A stretch of 64,000 bases of DNA from Acidimicrobiales bacterium (GTDB lineage: Bacteria; Actinomycetota; Acidimicrobiia; Acidimicrobiales; Aldehydirespiratoraceae), in the NCBI GenBank assembly GCA_965116865.1, contig OZ220727.1, positions 3,038,307 through 3,102,306 on the forward strand, written 5' to 3'. The notes under the pieces are model-generated. The model had not been told where the DNA came from. It searched no databases and saw nothing but the letters and a program-made list of their open reading frames with translations. Both the position numbers and the translations under genes were made by a program. This document shows positions 7,401-19,400 of the stretch, in pieces. The first letter of the stretch is position 1; each line of letters begins with the position of its first letter.

Positions 7401-10400
7401 AGGGTGGATGCCGCTGCCGACGATGACATCGCCGACGACGTTGTGACGCTGCGCCATGTCGCGTCGGGTGGCGGCTACGACGTGTCGGGTGATGTGGTGG
7501 TGAGGGTCGAAGATGACGATATTGGGGGGTTGATGTTCACTTCGGGTTCGGTGTCGGTGGGTGAGGGTGCCGGGGTCGCGTACGGGGTGAGGTTGTCGGG
7601 TGAGCCGTCGGGTTCTGTGTCGGTGTCGGTGGCTGCGGGCGGTGATCTGGTGCTGTCGTCCGGGTGGGTGGGTTCGGTGTCTGTGCTGTCGTTGGCGTTC
7701 ACGACGGGTGACTGGAATGTGTTCAAGTCGGTGAGGGTGGATGCCGGTTCCGACGATGACATCGTCGACGACGTTGTGGCGCTGCGCCATGTCGCGTCGG
7801 GCGGCGGCTACCACGCGTCGGGTGATGTGGAGGTGACCGTCGAAGACGACGATATTGCGGGGTTGGAGTTCACTTCACCGTCGGGGTCGGTGTCGGTGGG
7901 CGAGGGCTCGCACACGGTCTACGGGGTGAGGCTGTCGGCTGAGCCTTCGGGGCCTGTGTCGGTGTCGGTGTCGACGGTCGCGGGCAGTGATCTGGTGCTG
8001 TCGAGTGCGGGTTCGGTGGCGGTGACGCTGCTCGCGGCGAGCGATCTGGTACCGGGCAGGGCCATGGTGTCGGGTTCGGTGTCTGTGCTGTCGTTGGCGT
8101 TCACGACGGGTGACTGGAATGTGTTCAAGTCGGTGAGGGTGGATGCCGGTTCCGACGATGACATCGTCGACGACGTTGTGGCGCTGCGCCATGTCGCGTC
8201 GGGCGGCGGCTACCACGCGTCGGGTGATGTGGAGGTGACCGTCGAAGACGACGATATTGCGGGGTTGGAGTTCACTTCACCGTCGGGGTCGGTGTCGGTG
8301 GGCGAGGGCTCGCACACGGTCTACGGGGTGAGGCTGTCGGCTGAGCCTTCGGGGCCTGTGTCGGTGTCGGTGTCGACGGTCGCGGGCAGTGATCTGGTGC
8401 TGTCGAGTGCGGGTTCGGTGGCGGTGACGCTGCTCGCGGCGAGCGATCTGGTACCGGGCAGGGCCATGGTGTCGGGTTCGGGGTCTGTGTTGTCGTTGGT
8501 GTTCGCTGCGGATGATTGGGACAGCTTCCAGTCGGTGACGGTGCTTGCCGGTTCCGACGATGACATTGTCGACGATGTCGTGGTGTTGCGCCACATGGCG
8601 TCGGGTGGCGGTTTCGATGTGTCGGGTGATGTGGAGGTGACGGTCGAAGATGACGATATCGGGGGGTTGATGTTCACTTCGGGTTCGGTGTCGGTGGGTG
8701 AGGGTGCCGGGGTCGCGTACGGGGTGAGGTTGTCGGGTGAGCCGTCGGGTTCTGTGTCGGTGTCGGTGGCTGCGGGCGGTGATCTGGTGCTGTCGTCCGG
8801 GTTGGTGGGTTCGGTGTCTGTGCTGTCGTTGGCGTTCACGACGGGTGACTGGAATGTGTTCAAGTCGGTGAGGGTGGATGCCGGTTCCGACGATGACATC
8901 GTCGACGACGTTGTGGCGCTGCGCCATGTCGCGTCGGGCGGCGGCTACCACGCGTCGGGTGATGTGGAGGTGACCGTCGAAGACGACGATATTGCGGGGT
9001 TGGAGTTCACTTCACCGTCGGGGTCGGTGTCGGTGGGCGAGGGCTCGCACACGGTCTACGGGGTGAGGCTGTCGGCTGAGCCTTTGGGGCCTGTGTCGGT
9101 GTCGGTGTCGACGGTCGCGGGCAGTGATCTGGTGCTGTCGAGTGCGGGTTCGGTGGCGGTGACGCTGCTCGCGGCGAGCGATCTGGTACCGGGCAGGGCC
9201 ATGGTGTCGGGTTCGGGGTCTGTGTTGTCGTTGGTGTTCTCTGTGGGTGATTGGGACAGTTTCCAGTCGGTGACGGTGCTTGCCGGTTCCGACGATGACA
9301 TTGTCGACGATGTCGTGGTGTTGCGCCACACGGCGTCGGGTGGTGGTTTCGATGTGTCTGGTGATGTGGAGGTGACCGTCGAAGACGATGACACCGCGGG
9401 GTTGGTGTTCGATGCGGGTTCGGTGTCTGTGGTTGAGGGTGCCGGGGTCGAGTACGGGGTGAGGTTGTCTGCTGAGCCGTCGGGGTCTGTGTCTGTGTCG
9501 GTGTCGGCGGGCGCGGGCAGTGATCTGGTGTTGTCGGCTGCGACGGCGGGTTCGGGTTCTGTGTTGTCGTTGGTGTTCGCTGTGGGTGATTGGGACAGTT
9601 TCCAGTCGGTGACGGTGCTTGCTGGTTCTGACGATGACATTGTCGACGATGTCGTGGTGTTGCGCCATGTGGCGTCGGGTGGTGGTTTCGATGTGTCGGG
9701 TGATGTGGAGGTGACGGTCGAAGATGATGACACCGCGGGGTTGGTGTTCGACGCGGGGTCGGTGTCGATGGTTGAGGGTTCGCACGCGGTTTACGGGGTG
9801 AGGTTGTCTGCTGAGCCGTCGGGGTCTGTGTCTGTGTCGGTGTCGGCGGTCGCGGGCAGTGATCTGGTGTTGTCGGCTGCGACGGCGGGTTCGGGTTCGG
9901 TGTTGTCGTTGGTGTTTGCTGTGGGTGATTGGGACAGTTTCCAGTCGGTGACGGTGCTTGCTGGTTCTGACGATGACATTGTCGACGATGTCGTGGTGTT
10001 GCGCCATGTGGCGTCGGGTGGTGGTTTCGATGTGTCGGGTGATGTGGAGGTGACGGTCGAAGATGATGACACCGCGGGGTTGGTGTTCGATGCGGGGTCG
10101 GTGTCGGTGGTTGAGGGTGCCGGGGTCGAGTACGGGGTGAGGTTGTCGGGGGAGCCGTCGGGGTCTGTGTCTGTGTCGTTGTCGGCGGTTGACGGCGCGG
10201 GTGGTGATCTGGTGTTGTCGGCTGCGACGGCGGGTTCGGGTTCTGTGTTGTCGTTGGTGTTCGCTGTGGGTGATTGGGACAGTTTCCAGTCGGTGACGGT
10301 GCTTGCTGGTTCTGACGATGACATTGTCGACGATGTCGTGGTGTTGCGCCATGTGGCGTCGGGTGGTGGTTTCGATGTGTCTGGTGATGTGGAGGTGACG

Positions 10401-13400
10401 GTCGAAGATGATGACACCGCGGGGTTGGTGTTCGACGCGGGTTCGGTGTCTGTGGGTGAGGGTGCCGGGGTCGAGTACGGGGTGAGGTTGTCTGCTGAGC
10501 CGTCGGGGTCTGTGTCGGTGTCGGTGTCGGCGGTCGCGGGCAGTGATCTGGTGTTGTCGGCTGCGACGGCGGGTTCGGGTTCGGTGTTGTCGTTGGTGTT
10601 TGCTGTGGGTGATTGGGACAGTTTCCAGTCGGTGACGGTGCTTGCCGGCGGCGACGATGACATTGTCGACGATGTCGTGGTGTTGCGCCATGTGGCGTCG
10701 GGTGGTGGTTTCGATGTGTCTGGTGATGTTGAGGTGACGGTCGAAGATGACGACACCGCGGGGTTGGTGTTCGACGCGGGGTCGATGTCGATGGGCGAGG
10801 GTTCGCACGCGGTTTACGGGGTGAGGTTGTCTGCTGAGCCGTCGGGGTCTGTGTCTGTGTCTGTGTCGGCTGTTGACGGCGCGGGTGGTGATCTGGTGTT
10901 GTCGGCTGCGACGGCGGGTTCGGGTTCTGTGTTGTCGTTGGTGTTCGCTGTGGGTGATTGGGACAGTTTCCAGTCGGTGACGGTGCTTGCTGGCGGCGAC
11001 GATGACATCGTCGACGATGTCGTGACGTTGCGCCACATGGCGTCGGGTGGTGGTTTCGATGTGTCTGGTGATGTGGAGGTGACCGTCGAAGATGATGACA
11101 CCGCGGGGTTGGTGTTCGATGCGGGTTCGGTGTCTGTGGTTGAGGGTGCCGGGGTCGAGTACGGGGTGAGGTTGTCGGGTGAGCCGTCGGGGTCTGTGTC
11201 TGTGTCGTTGTCGGCGGTTGACGGCGCGGGTGGTGATCTGGTGTTGTCGGCTGCGACGGCGGGTTCGGGTTCTGTGTTGTCGTTGGTGTTCTCTGTGGGT
11301 GATTGGGACAGTTTCCAGTCGGTGACGGTGCTTGCTGGTTCTGACGATGACATTGTCGACGATGTCGTGGTGTTGCGCCATGTGGCGTCGGGTGGTGGTT
11401 TCGATGTGTCTGGTGATGTGGAGGTGACGGTCGAAGATGATGACACCGCGGGGTTGGTGTTCGATGCGGGTTCGGTGTCTGTGGTTGAGGGTGCCGGGGT
11501 CGAGTACGGGGTGAGGTTGTCGGGTGAGCCGTCGGGGTCTGTGTCTGTGTCGTTGTCGGCGGTTGACGGCGCGGGTGGTGATCTGGTGTTGTCGGCTGCG
11601 ACGGCGGGTTCGGGTTCTGTGTTGTCGTTGGTGTTCTCTGTGGGTGATTGGGACAGTTTCCAGTCGGTGACGGTGCTTGCTGGTTCTGACGATGACATTG
11701 TCGACGATGTCGTGACGTTGCGCCATGTGGCGTCGGGTGGTGGTTTCGATGTGTCTGGTGATGTGGAGGTGAGGGTCGAAGATGATGACACCGCGGGGTT
11801 GGTGTTCGATGCGGGTTCGGTGTCTGTGGTTGAGGGTGCCGGGGTCGAGTACGGGGTGAGGTTGTCGGGTGAGCCGTCGGGGTCTGTGTCTGTGTCGGTG
11901 TCGGCTGTTGACGGCGCGGGTGGTGATCTGGTGTTGTCGGCTGCGACGGCGGGTTCGGGTTCTGTGTTGTCGTTGGTGTTCGCTGTGGGTGATTGGGACA
12001 GTTTCCAGTCGGTGACGGTGCTTGCTGGTTCTGACGATGACATTGTCGACGATGTCGTGGTGTTGCGCCATGTGGCGTCGGGTGGTGGTTTCGATGTGTC
12101 TGGTGATGTGGAGGTGACGGTCGAAGATGATGACACCGCGGGGTTGGTGTTCGATGCGGGTTCGGTGTCTGTGGTTGAGGGTGCCGGGGTCGAGTACGGG
12201 GTGAGGTTGTCGGGTGAGCCGTCGGGGTCTGTGTCTGTGTCTGTGTCGACGGTCGCGGGCAGTGATCTGGTGTTGTCGGCTGCGACGGCGGGTTCGGGTT
12301 CTGTGTTGTCGTTGGTGTTCGCTGTGGGTGATTGGGACAGTTTCCAGTCGGTGACGGTGCTTGCTGGTTCTGACGATGACATTGTCGACGATGTCGTGGT
12401 GTTGCGCCATGTGGCGTCGGGTGGTGGTTTCGATGTGTCTGGTGATGTGGAGGTGACGGTCGAAGATGATGACACCGCGGGGTTGGTGTTCGATGCGGGT
12501 TCGGTGTCTGTGGTTGAGGGTGCCGGGGTCGAGTACGGGGTGAGGTTGTCGGGTGAGCCGTCGGGGTCTGTGTCTGTGTCGGTGTCGGCTGTTGACGGCG
12601 CGGGTGGTGATCTGGTGTTGTCGGCTGCGACGGCGGGTTCGGGTTCTGTGTTGTCGTTGGTGTTTGCTGTGGGTGATTGGGACAGTTTCCAGTCGGTGAC
12701 GGTGCTTGCCGGCGGCGACGATGACATTGTCGACGATGTCGTGACGTTGCGCCATGTCGCGTCGGGTGGTGGTTTCGATGTGTCTGGTGATGTGGAGGTG
12801 ACGGTCGAAGATGATGACACCGCGGGGTTGGTGTTCGATGCGGGTTCGGTGTCTGTGGTTGAGGGTGCCGGGGTCGAGTACGGGGTGAGGTTGTCGGGTG
12901 AGCCGTCGGGGTCTGTGTCTGTGTCGGTGTCGGCTGTTGACGGCGCGGGTGGTGATCTGGTGTTGTCGGCTGCGACGGCGGGTTCGGGTTCTGTGTTGTC
13001 GTTGGTGTTTGCTGTGGGTGATTGGGACAGTTTCCAGTCGGTGACGGTGCTTGCCGGCGGCGACGATGACATTGTCGACGATGTCGTGACGTTGCGCCAT
13101 GTCGCGTCGGGTGGTGGTTTCGATGTGTCTGGTGATGTGGAGGTGACCGTCGAAGATGATGACACCGCGGGGTTGGTGTTCGACGCGGGTTCGGTGTCTG
13201 TGGTTGAGGGTGCCGGGGTCGAGTACGGGGTGAGGTTGTCTGCTGAGCCGTCGGGGTCTGTGTCGGTGTCGGTGTCGGCTGTTGACGGCGCGGGTGGTGA
13301 TCTGGTGTTGTCGGCTGCGACGGCGGGTTCGGGTTCGGTGTTGTCGTTGGTGTTTGCTGTGGGTGATTGGGACAGTTTCCAGTCGGTGACGGTGCTTGCC

Positions 13401-16400
13401 GGCGGCGACGATGACATTGTCGACGATGTCGTGGTGTTGCGCCATGTGGCGTCGGGTGGTGGTTTCGATGTGTCTGGTGATGTGGAGGTGACGGTCGAAG
13501 ATGATGACACCGCGGGGTTGGTGTTCGATGCGGGTTCGGTGTCGGTGGTTGAGGGTGCCGGGGTCGAGTACGGGGTGAGGTTGTCGGGTGAGCCGTCGGG
13601 GTCGGTGTCGGTGTCGGTGTCGGCGGTTGACGGCGCGGGTGGTGATCTGGTGTTGTCGGCTGCGACGGCGGGTTCGGGTTCTGTGTTGTCGTTGGTGTTT
13701 GCTGTGGGTGATTGGGACAGTTTCCAGTCGGTGACGGTGCTTGCCGGCGGCGACGATGACATTGTCGACGATGTCGTGACGTTGCGCCATGTCGCGTCGG
13801 GTGGTGGTTTCGATGTGTCTGGTGATGTGGAGGTGACCGTCGAAGATGATGACACCGCGGGGTTGGTGTTCGACGCGGGTTCGGTGTCTGTGGTTGAGGG
13901 TGCCGGGGTCGAGTACGGGGTGAGGTTGTCGGGTGAGCCGTCGGGGTCTGTGTCTGTGTCGGTGTCGGCTGTTGACGGCGCGGGTGGTGATCTGGTGTTG
14001 TCGGCTGCGACGGCGGGTTCGGGTTCTGTGTTGTCGTTGGTGTTTGCTGTGGGTGATTGGGACAGTTTCCAGTCGGTGACGGTGCTTGCCGGCGGCGACG
14101 ATGACATTGTCGACGATGTCGTGACGTTGCGCCATGTCGCGTCGGGTGGTGGTTTCGATGTGTCTGGTGATGTGGAGGTGACGGTCGAAGATGACGACAC
14201 CGCGGGGTTGGTGTTCGACGCGGGGTCGATGTCGATGGGCGAGGGTTCGCACGCGGTTTACGGGGTGAGGTTGTCGGGTGAGCCGTCGGGGTCGGTGTCT
14301 GTGTCGGTGTCGGCTGTTGACGGCGCGGGTGGTGATCTGGTGTTGTCGGCTGCGACGGCGGGTTCGGGTTCTGTGTTGTCGTTGGTGTTTGCTGTGGGTG
14401 ATTGGGACAGTTTCCAGTCGGTGACGGTGCTTGCCGGCGGCGACGATGACATTGTCGACGATGTCGTGACGTTGCGCCATGTCGCGTCGGGTGGTGGTTT
14501 CGATGTGTCTGGTGATGTGGAGGTGACGGTCGAAGATGATGACACCGCGGGGTTGGTGTTCGATGCGGGTTCGGTGTCGGTGGTTGAGGGTGCCGGGGTC
14601 GAGTACGGGGTGAGGTTGTCTGCTGAGCCGTCGGGGTCTGTGTCTGTGTCGTTGTCGACGGTCGCGGGCAGTGATCTGGTGTTGTCGGCTGCGACGGCGG
14701 GTTCGGGTTCTGTGTTGTCGTTGGTGTTCGCTGTGGGTGATTGGGACAGTTTCCAGTCGGTGACGGTGCTTGCCGGCGGCGACGATGACATTGTCGACGA
14801 TGTCGTGACGTTGCGCCATGTCGCGTCGGGTGGTGGTTTCGATGTGTCTGGTGATGTGGAGGTGACGGTCGAAGATGATGACACCGCGGGGTTGGTGTTC
14901 GATGCGGGTTCGGTGTCGGTGGTTGAGGGTGCCGGGGTCGAGTACGGGGTGAGGTTGTCTGCTGAGCCGTCGGGGTCTGTGTCTGTGTCGTTGTCGACGG
15001 TCGCGGGCAGTGATCTGGTGTTGTCGGCTGCGACGGCGGGTTCGGGTTCTGTGTTGTCGTTGGTGTTCGCTGTGGGTGATTGGGACAGTTTCCAGTCGGT
15101 GACAGTGCTTGCCGGCGGCGACGATGACATTGTCGACGATGTCGTGACGTTGCGCCATGTCGCGTCGGGTGGTGGTTTCGATGTGTCTGGTGATGTGGAG
15201 GTGACCGTCGAAGACGATGACACCGCTGGGTTGGTGTTCGATGCGGGTTCGGTGTCGGTGGTTGAGGGTGCCGGGGTCGAGTACGGGGTGAGGTTGTCTG
15301 CTGAGCCGTCGGGGTCTGTGTCTGTGTCGTTGTCGACGGTCGCGGGCAGTGATCTGGTGTTGTCGGCTGCGACGGCGGGTTCGGGGTCTGTGTTGTCGTT
15401 GGTGTTCGCTGTGGGTGATTGGGACAGTTTCCAGTCGGTGACGGTGCTTGCCGGCGGCGACGATGACATTGTCGACGATGTCGTGACGTTGCGCCATGTC
15501 GCGTCGGGTGGTGGTTTCGATGTGTCTGGTGATGTGGAGGTGACCGTCGAAGACGATGACACCGCGGGGTTGGTGTTCGACGCGGGTTCGGTGTCGGTGG
15601 TGGAGGGTTCGCACGCGGTTTACGGGGTGAGGTTGTCGGGTGAGCCGTCGGGGTCTGTGTCTGTGTCGTTGTCGGCGGTTGACGGCGCGGGTGGTGATCT
15701 GGTGTTGTCGGCTGCGACGGCAGGTTCGGGGTCTGTGTTGTCGTTGGTGTTCTCTGTGGGTGATTGGGACAGTTTCCAGTCGGTGACAGTGCTTGCCGGT
15801 TCTGACGATGACATTGTCGACGATGTCGTGACGTTGCGCCATGTCGCGTCGGGTGGTGGTTTCGATGTGTCTGGTGATGTGGAGGTGACGGTCGAAGATG
15901 ATGACACCGCTGGGTTGGTGTTCGATGCAGGTTCGGTGTCGGTGGTTGAGGGTGCCGGGGTCGAGTACGGGGTGAGGTTGTCTGCTGAGCCGTCGGGGTC
16001 TGTGTCTGTGTCGTTGTCGACGGTCGCGGGCAGTGATCTGGTGTTGTCGGCTGCGACGGCGGGTTCGGGTTCTGTGTTGTCGTTGGTGTTCGCTGTGGGT
16101 GATTGGGACAGTTTCCAGTCGGTGACGGTGCTTGCCGGCGGCGACGATGACATTGTCGACGATGTCGTGACGTTGCGCCATGTCGCGTCGGGTGGTGGTT
16201 TCGATGTGTCTGGTGATGTGGAGGTGACCGTCGAAGACGATGACACCGCTGGGTTGGTGTTCGATGCGGGTTCGGTGTCGGTGGTTGAGGGTGCCGGGGT
16301 CGAGTACGGGGTGAGGTTGTCGGGTGAGCCGTCGGGGTCGGTGTCGGTGTCGGTGTCGGCGGTTGACGGCGCGGGTGGTGATCTGGTGTTGTCGGCTGCG

Positions 16401-19400
16401 ACGGCGGGTTCGGGTTCTGTGTTGTCGTTGGTGTTTGCTGTGGGTGATTGGGACAGTTTCCAGTCGGTGACGGTGCTTGCCGGCGGCGACGATGACATTG
16501 TCGACGATGTCGTGACGTTGCGCCATGTCGCGTCGGGTGGTGGTTTCGATGTGTCTGGTGATGTGGAGGTGACCGTCGAAGATGATGACACCGCGGGGTT
16601 GGTGTTCGACGCGGGTTCGGTGTCGGTGGTGGAGGGTTCGCACGCGGTTTACGGGGTGAGGTTGTCGGGTGAGCCGTCGGGGTCTGTGTCTGTGTCGTTG
16701 TCGGCGGTTGACGGCGCGGGTGGTGATCTGGTGTTGTCGGCTGCGACGGCAGGTTCGGGGTCTGTGTTGTCGTTGGTGTTCTCTGTGGGTGATTGGGACA
16801 GTTTCCAGTCGGTGACAGTGCTTGCCGGTTCTGACGATGACATTGTCGACGATGTCGTGACGTTGCGCCACATGGCGTCTGGTGGTGGTTTCGATGTGTC
16901 TGGTGATGTTGAGGTGACCGTCGAAGACGATGACACCGCGGGGTTGGTGTTCGACACGGGGTCGGTGTCGGTGGTTGAGGGTGCCGGGGTCGAGTACGGG
17001 GTGAGGTTGTCTGCTGAGCCGTCGGGGTCTGTGTCTGTGTCGGTGTCGGCGGGCGCGGGCAGTGATCTGGTGTTGTCGGCTGCGACGGCGGGTTCGGGTT
17101 CTGTGTTGTCGTTGGTGTTCGCTGTGGGTGATTGGGACAGTTTCCAGTCGGTGACGGTGCTTGCTGGTTCTGACGATGACATTGTCGACGATGTCGTGGT
17201 GTTGCGCCATGTGGCGTCGGGTGGTGGTTTCGATGTGTCGGGTGATGTGGAGGTGACGGTCGAAGATGATGACACCGCGGGGTTGGTGTTCGATGCGGGG
17301 TCGGTGTCGGTGGTTGAGGGTGCCGGGGTCGAGTACGGGGTGAGGTTGTCTGCTGAGCCGTCGGGGTCTGTGTCTGTGTCGGTGTCGGCGGTTGATGGCG
17401 CGGGTGGTGATCTGGTGTTGTCGGCTGCGACGGCGGGTTCGGGTTCTGTGTTGTCGTTGGTGTTCGCTGTGGGTGATTGGGACAGTTTCCAGTCGGTGAC
17501 GGTGCTTGCTGGTTCTGACGATGACATTGTCGACGATGTCGTGGTGTTGCGCCATGTGGCGTCGGGTGGTGGTTTCGATGTGTCGGGTGATGTGGAGGTG
17601 ACGGTCGAAGATGATGACACCGCGGGGTTGGTGTTCGATGCGGGGTCGGTGTCGGTGGTTGAGGGTGCCGGGGTCGAGTACGGGGTGAGGTTGTCTGCTG
17701 AGCCGTCGGGGTCTGTGTCTGTGTCGGTGTCGGCGGTTGATGGCGCGGGTGGTGATCTGGTGTTGTCGGCTGCGACGGCGGGTTCGGGTTCTGTGTTGTC
17801 GTTGGTGTTCGCTGTGGGTGATTGGGACAGTTTCCAGTCGGTGACGGTGCTTGCTGGTTCTGACGATGACATTGTCGACGATGTCGTGGTGTTGCGCCAT
17901 GTGGCGTCGGGTGGTGGTTTCGATGTGTCGGGTGATGTGGAGGTGACGGTCGAAGATGATGACACCGCGGGGTTGGTGTTCGATGCGGGTTCGGTGTCGG
18001 TGGTTGAGGGTGCCGGGGTCGAGTACGGGGTGAGGTTGTCTGCTGAGCCGTCGGGGTCTGTGTCTGTGTCGGTGTCGGCGGTCGCGGGCAGTGATCTGGT
18101 GTTGTCGGCTGCGACGGCGGGTTCGGGTTCTGTGTTGTCGTTGGTGTTCGCTGTGGGTGATTGGGACAGTTTCCAGTCGGTGACGGTGCTTGCTGGTTCT
18201 GACGATGACATTGTCGACGATGTCGTGGTGTTGCGCCATGTGGCGTCGGGTGGTGGTTTCGATGTGTCGGGTGATGTGGAGGTGACGGTCGAAGATGATG
18301 ACACCGCAGGGTTGGTGTTCGACGCGGGGTCGATGTCGATGGTTGAAGGTTCGCACGCGGTTTACGGGGTGAGGTTGTCTGCTGAGCCGTCGGGGTCTGT
18401 GTCTGTGTCGGTGTCGGCGGTCGCGGGCAGTGATCTGGTGTTGTCGGCTGCGACGGCGGGTTCGGGTTCGGTGTTGTCGTTGGTGTTCGCTGTGGGTGAT
18501 TGGGACAGTTTCCAGTCGGTGACGGTGCTTGCTGGTTCTGACGATGACATTGTCGACGATGTCGTGACGTTGCGCCACATGGCGTCGGGTGGTGGTTTCA
18601 ATGTGTCGGGTGATGTGGAGGTGACGGTCGAAGATGATGACACCGCGGGGTTGGTGTTCGACGCGGGGTCGGTGTCGGTGGGCGAGGGTTCGCACGCGGT
18701 CTACGGGGTGAGGTTGTCGGGTGAGCCGTCGGGGTCTGTGTCTGTGTCGGTGTCGGCGGTTGACGGAGCGGGCAGTTATCTAGTGCTAGTGTCGGGTTCG
18801 AGGTCTGTGCTGTCGTTGGTGTTCGCGGCGGGTGATTGGGACAGCTTCCAGTCAGTGACGGTGTACGCTGCTGGCGACGCTGACATCGTCGACGATGTCG
18901 TGACGCTGCGCCATGTCGCGTCGGGTGGTGGTTTCGATGTGTCTGGTGATGTGGAGGTGACGGTCGAAGATGACGACACCGCGGGGTTGGTGTTCGATGC
19001 GGGGTCGATGTCGATGGTTGAGGGTTCGCACGCGGTTTACGGGGTGAGGTTGTCGGGTGAGCCGTCGGGGTCTGTGTCTGTGTCGTTGTCGGCGGTTGAC
19101 GGCGCGGGTGATGATCTGGTGTTGTCGGCTGCGACGGCGGGTTCGGGTTCTGTGTTGTCGTTGGTGTTCGCTGTGGGTGATTGGGACAGCTTCCAGTCGG
19201 TGACGGTGCATGCTGGCGGCGACGCTGACATCGTCGACGATGTCGTGACGCTGCGCCATGTCGCGTCGGGTGGTGGTTTCGATGTGTCGGGTGATATGGT
19301 GGTGACCGTCGAAGATGACGACACCGCTCCGCCGTCTCCGCCACCCCCGCCTCCTCCGCCGTCAAGTTCGCCTCTTCTTCCGCCGGAGGGTCCTTCTTCG

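Noticed and set aside
9012-18695. 3227-aa minus-strand ORF, and many other long antisense or off-frame ORFs across both repeat arrays (for example 5469-7814, 10814-14200, 25878-31709, and the 89-aa plus-strand series every 357 bp)
   Set aside because: They lie antisense to or out of frame with the SLH-terminated giant genes. They translate to Arg/His/Thr/Pro low-complexity strings with no signal, start context or domain logic. They exist only because a GC-rich unit without stops in that frame is repeated many times.
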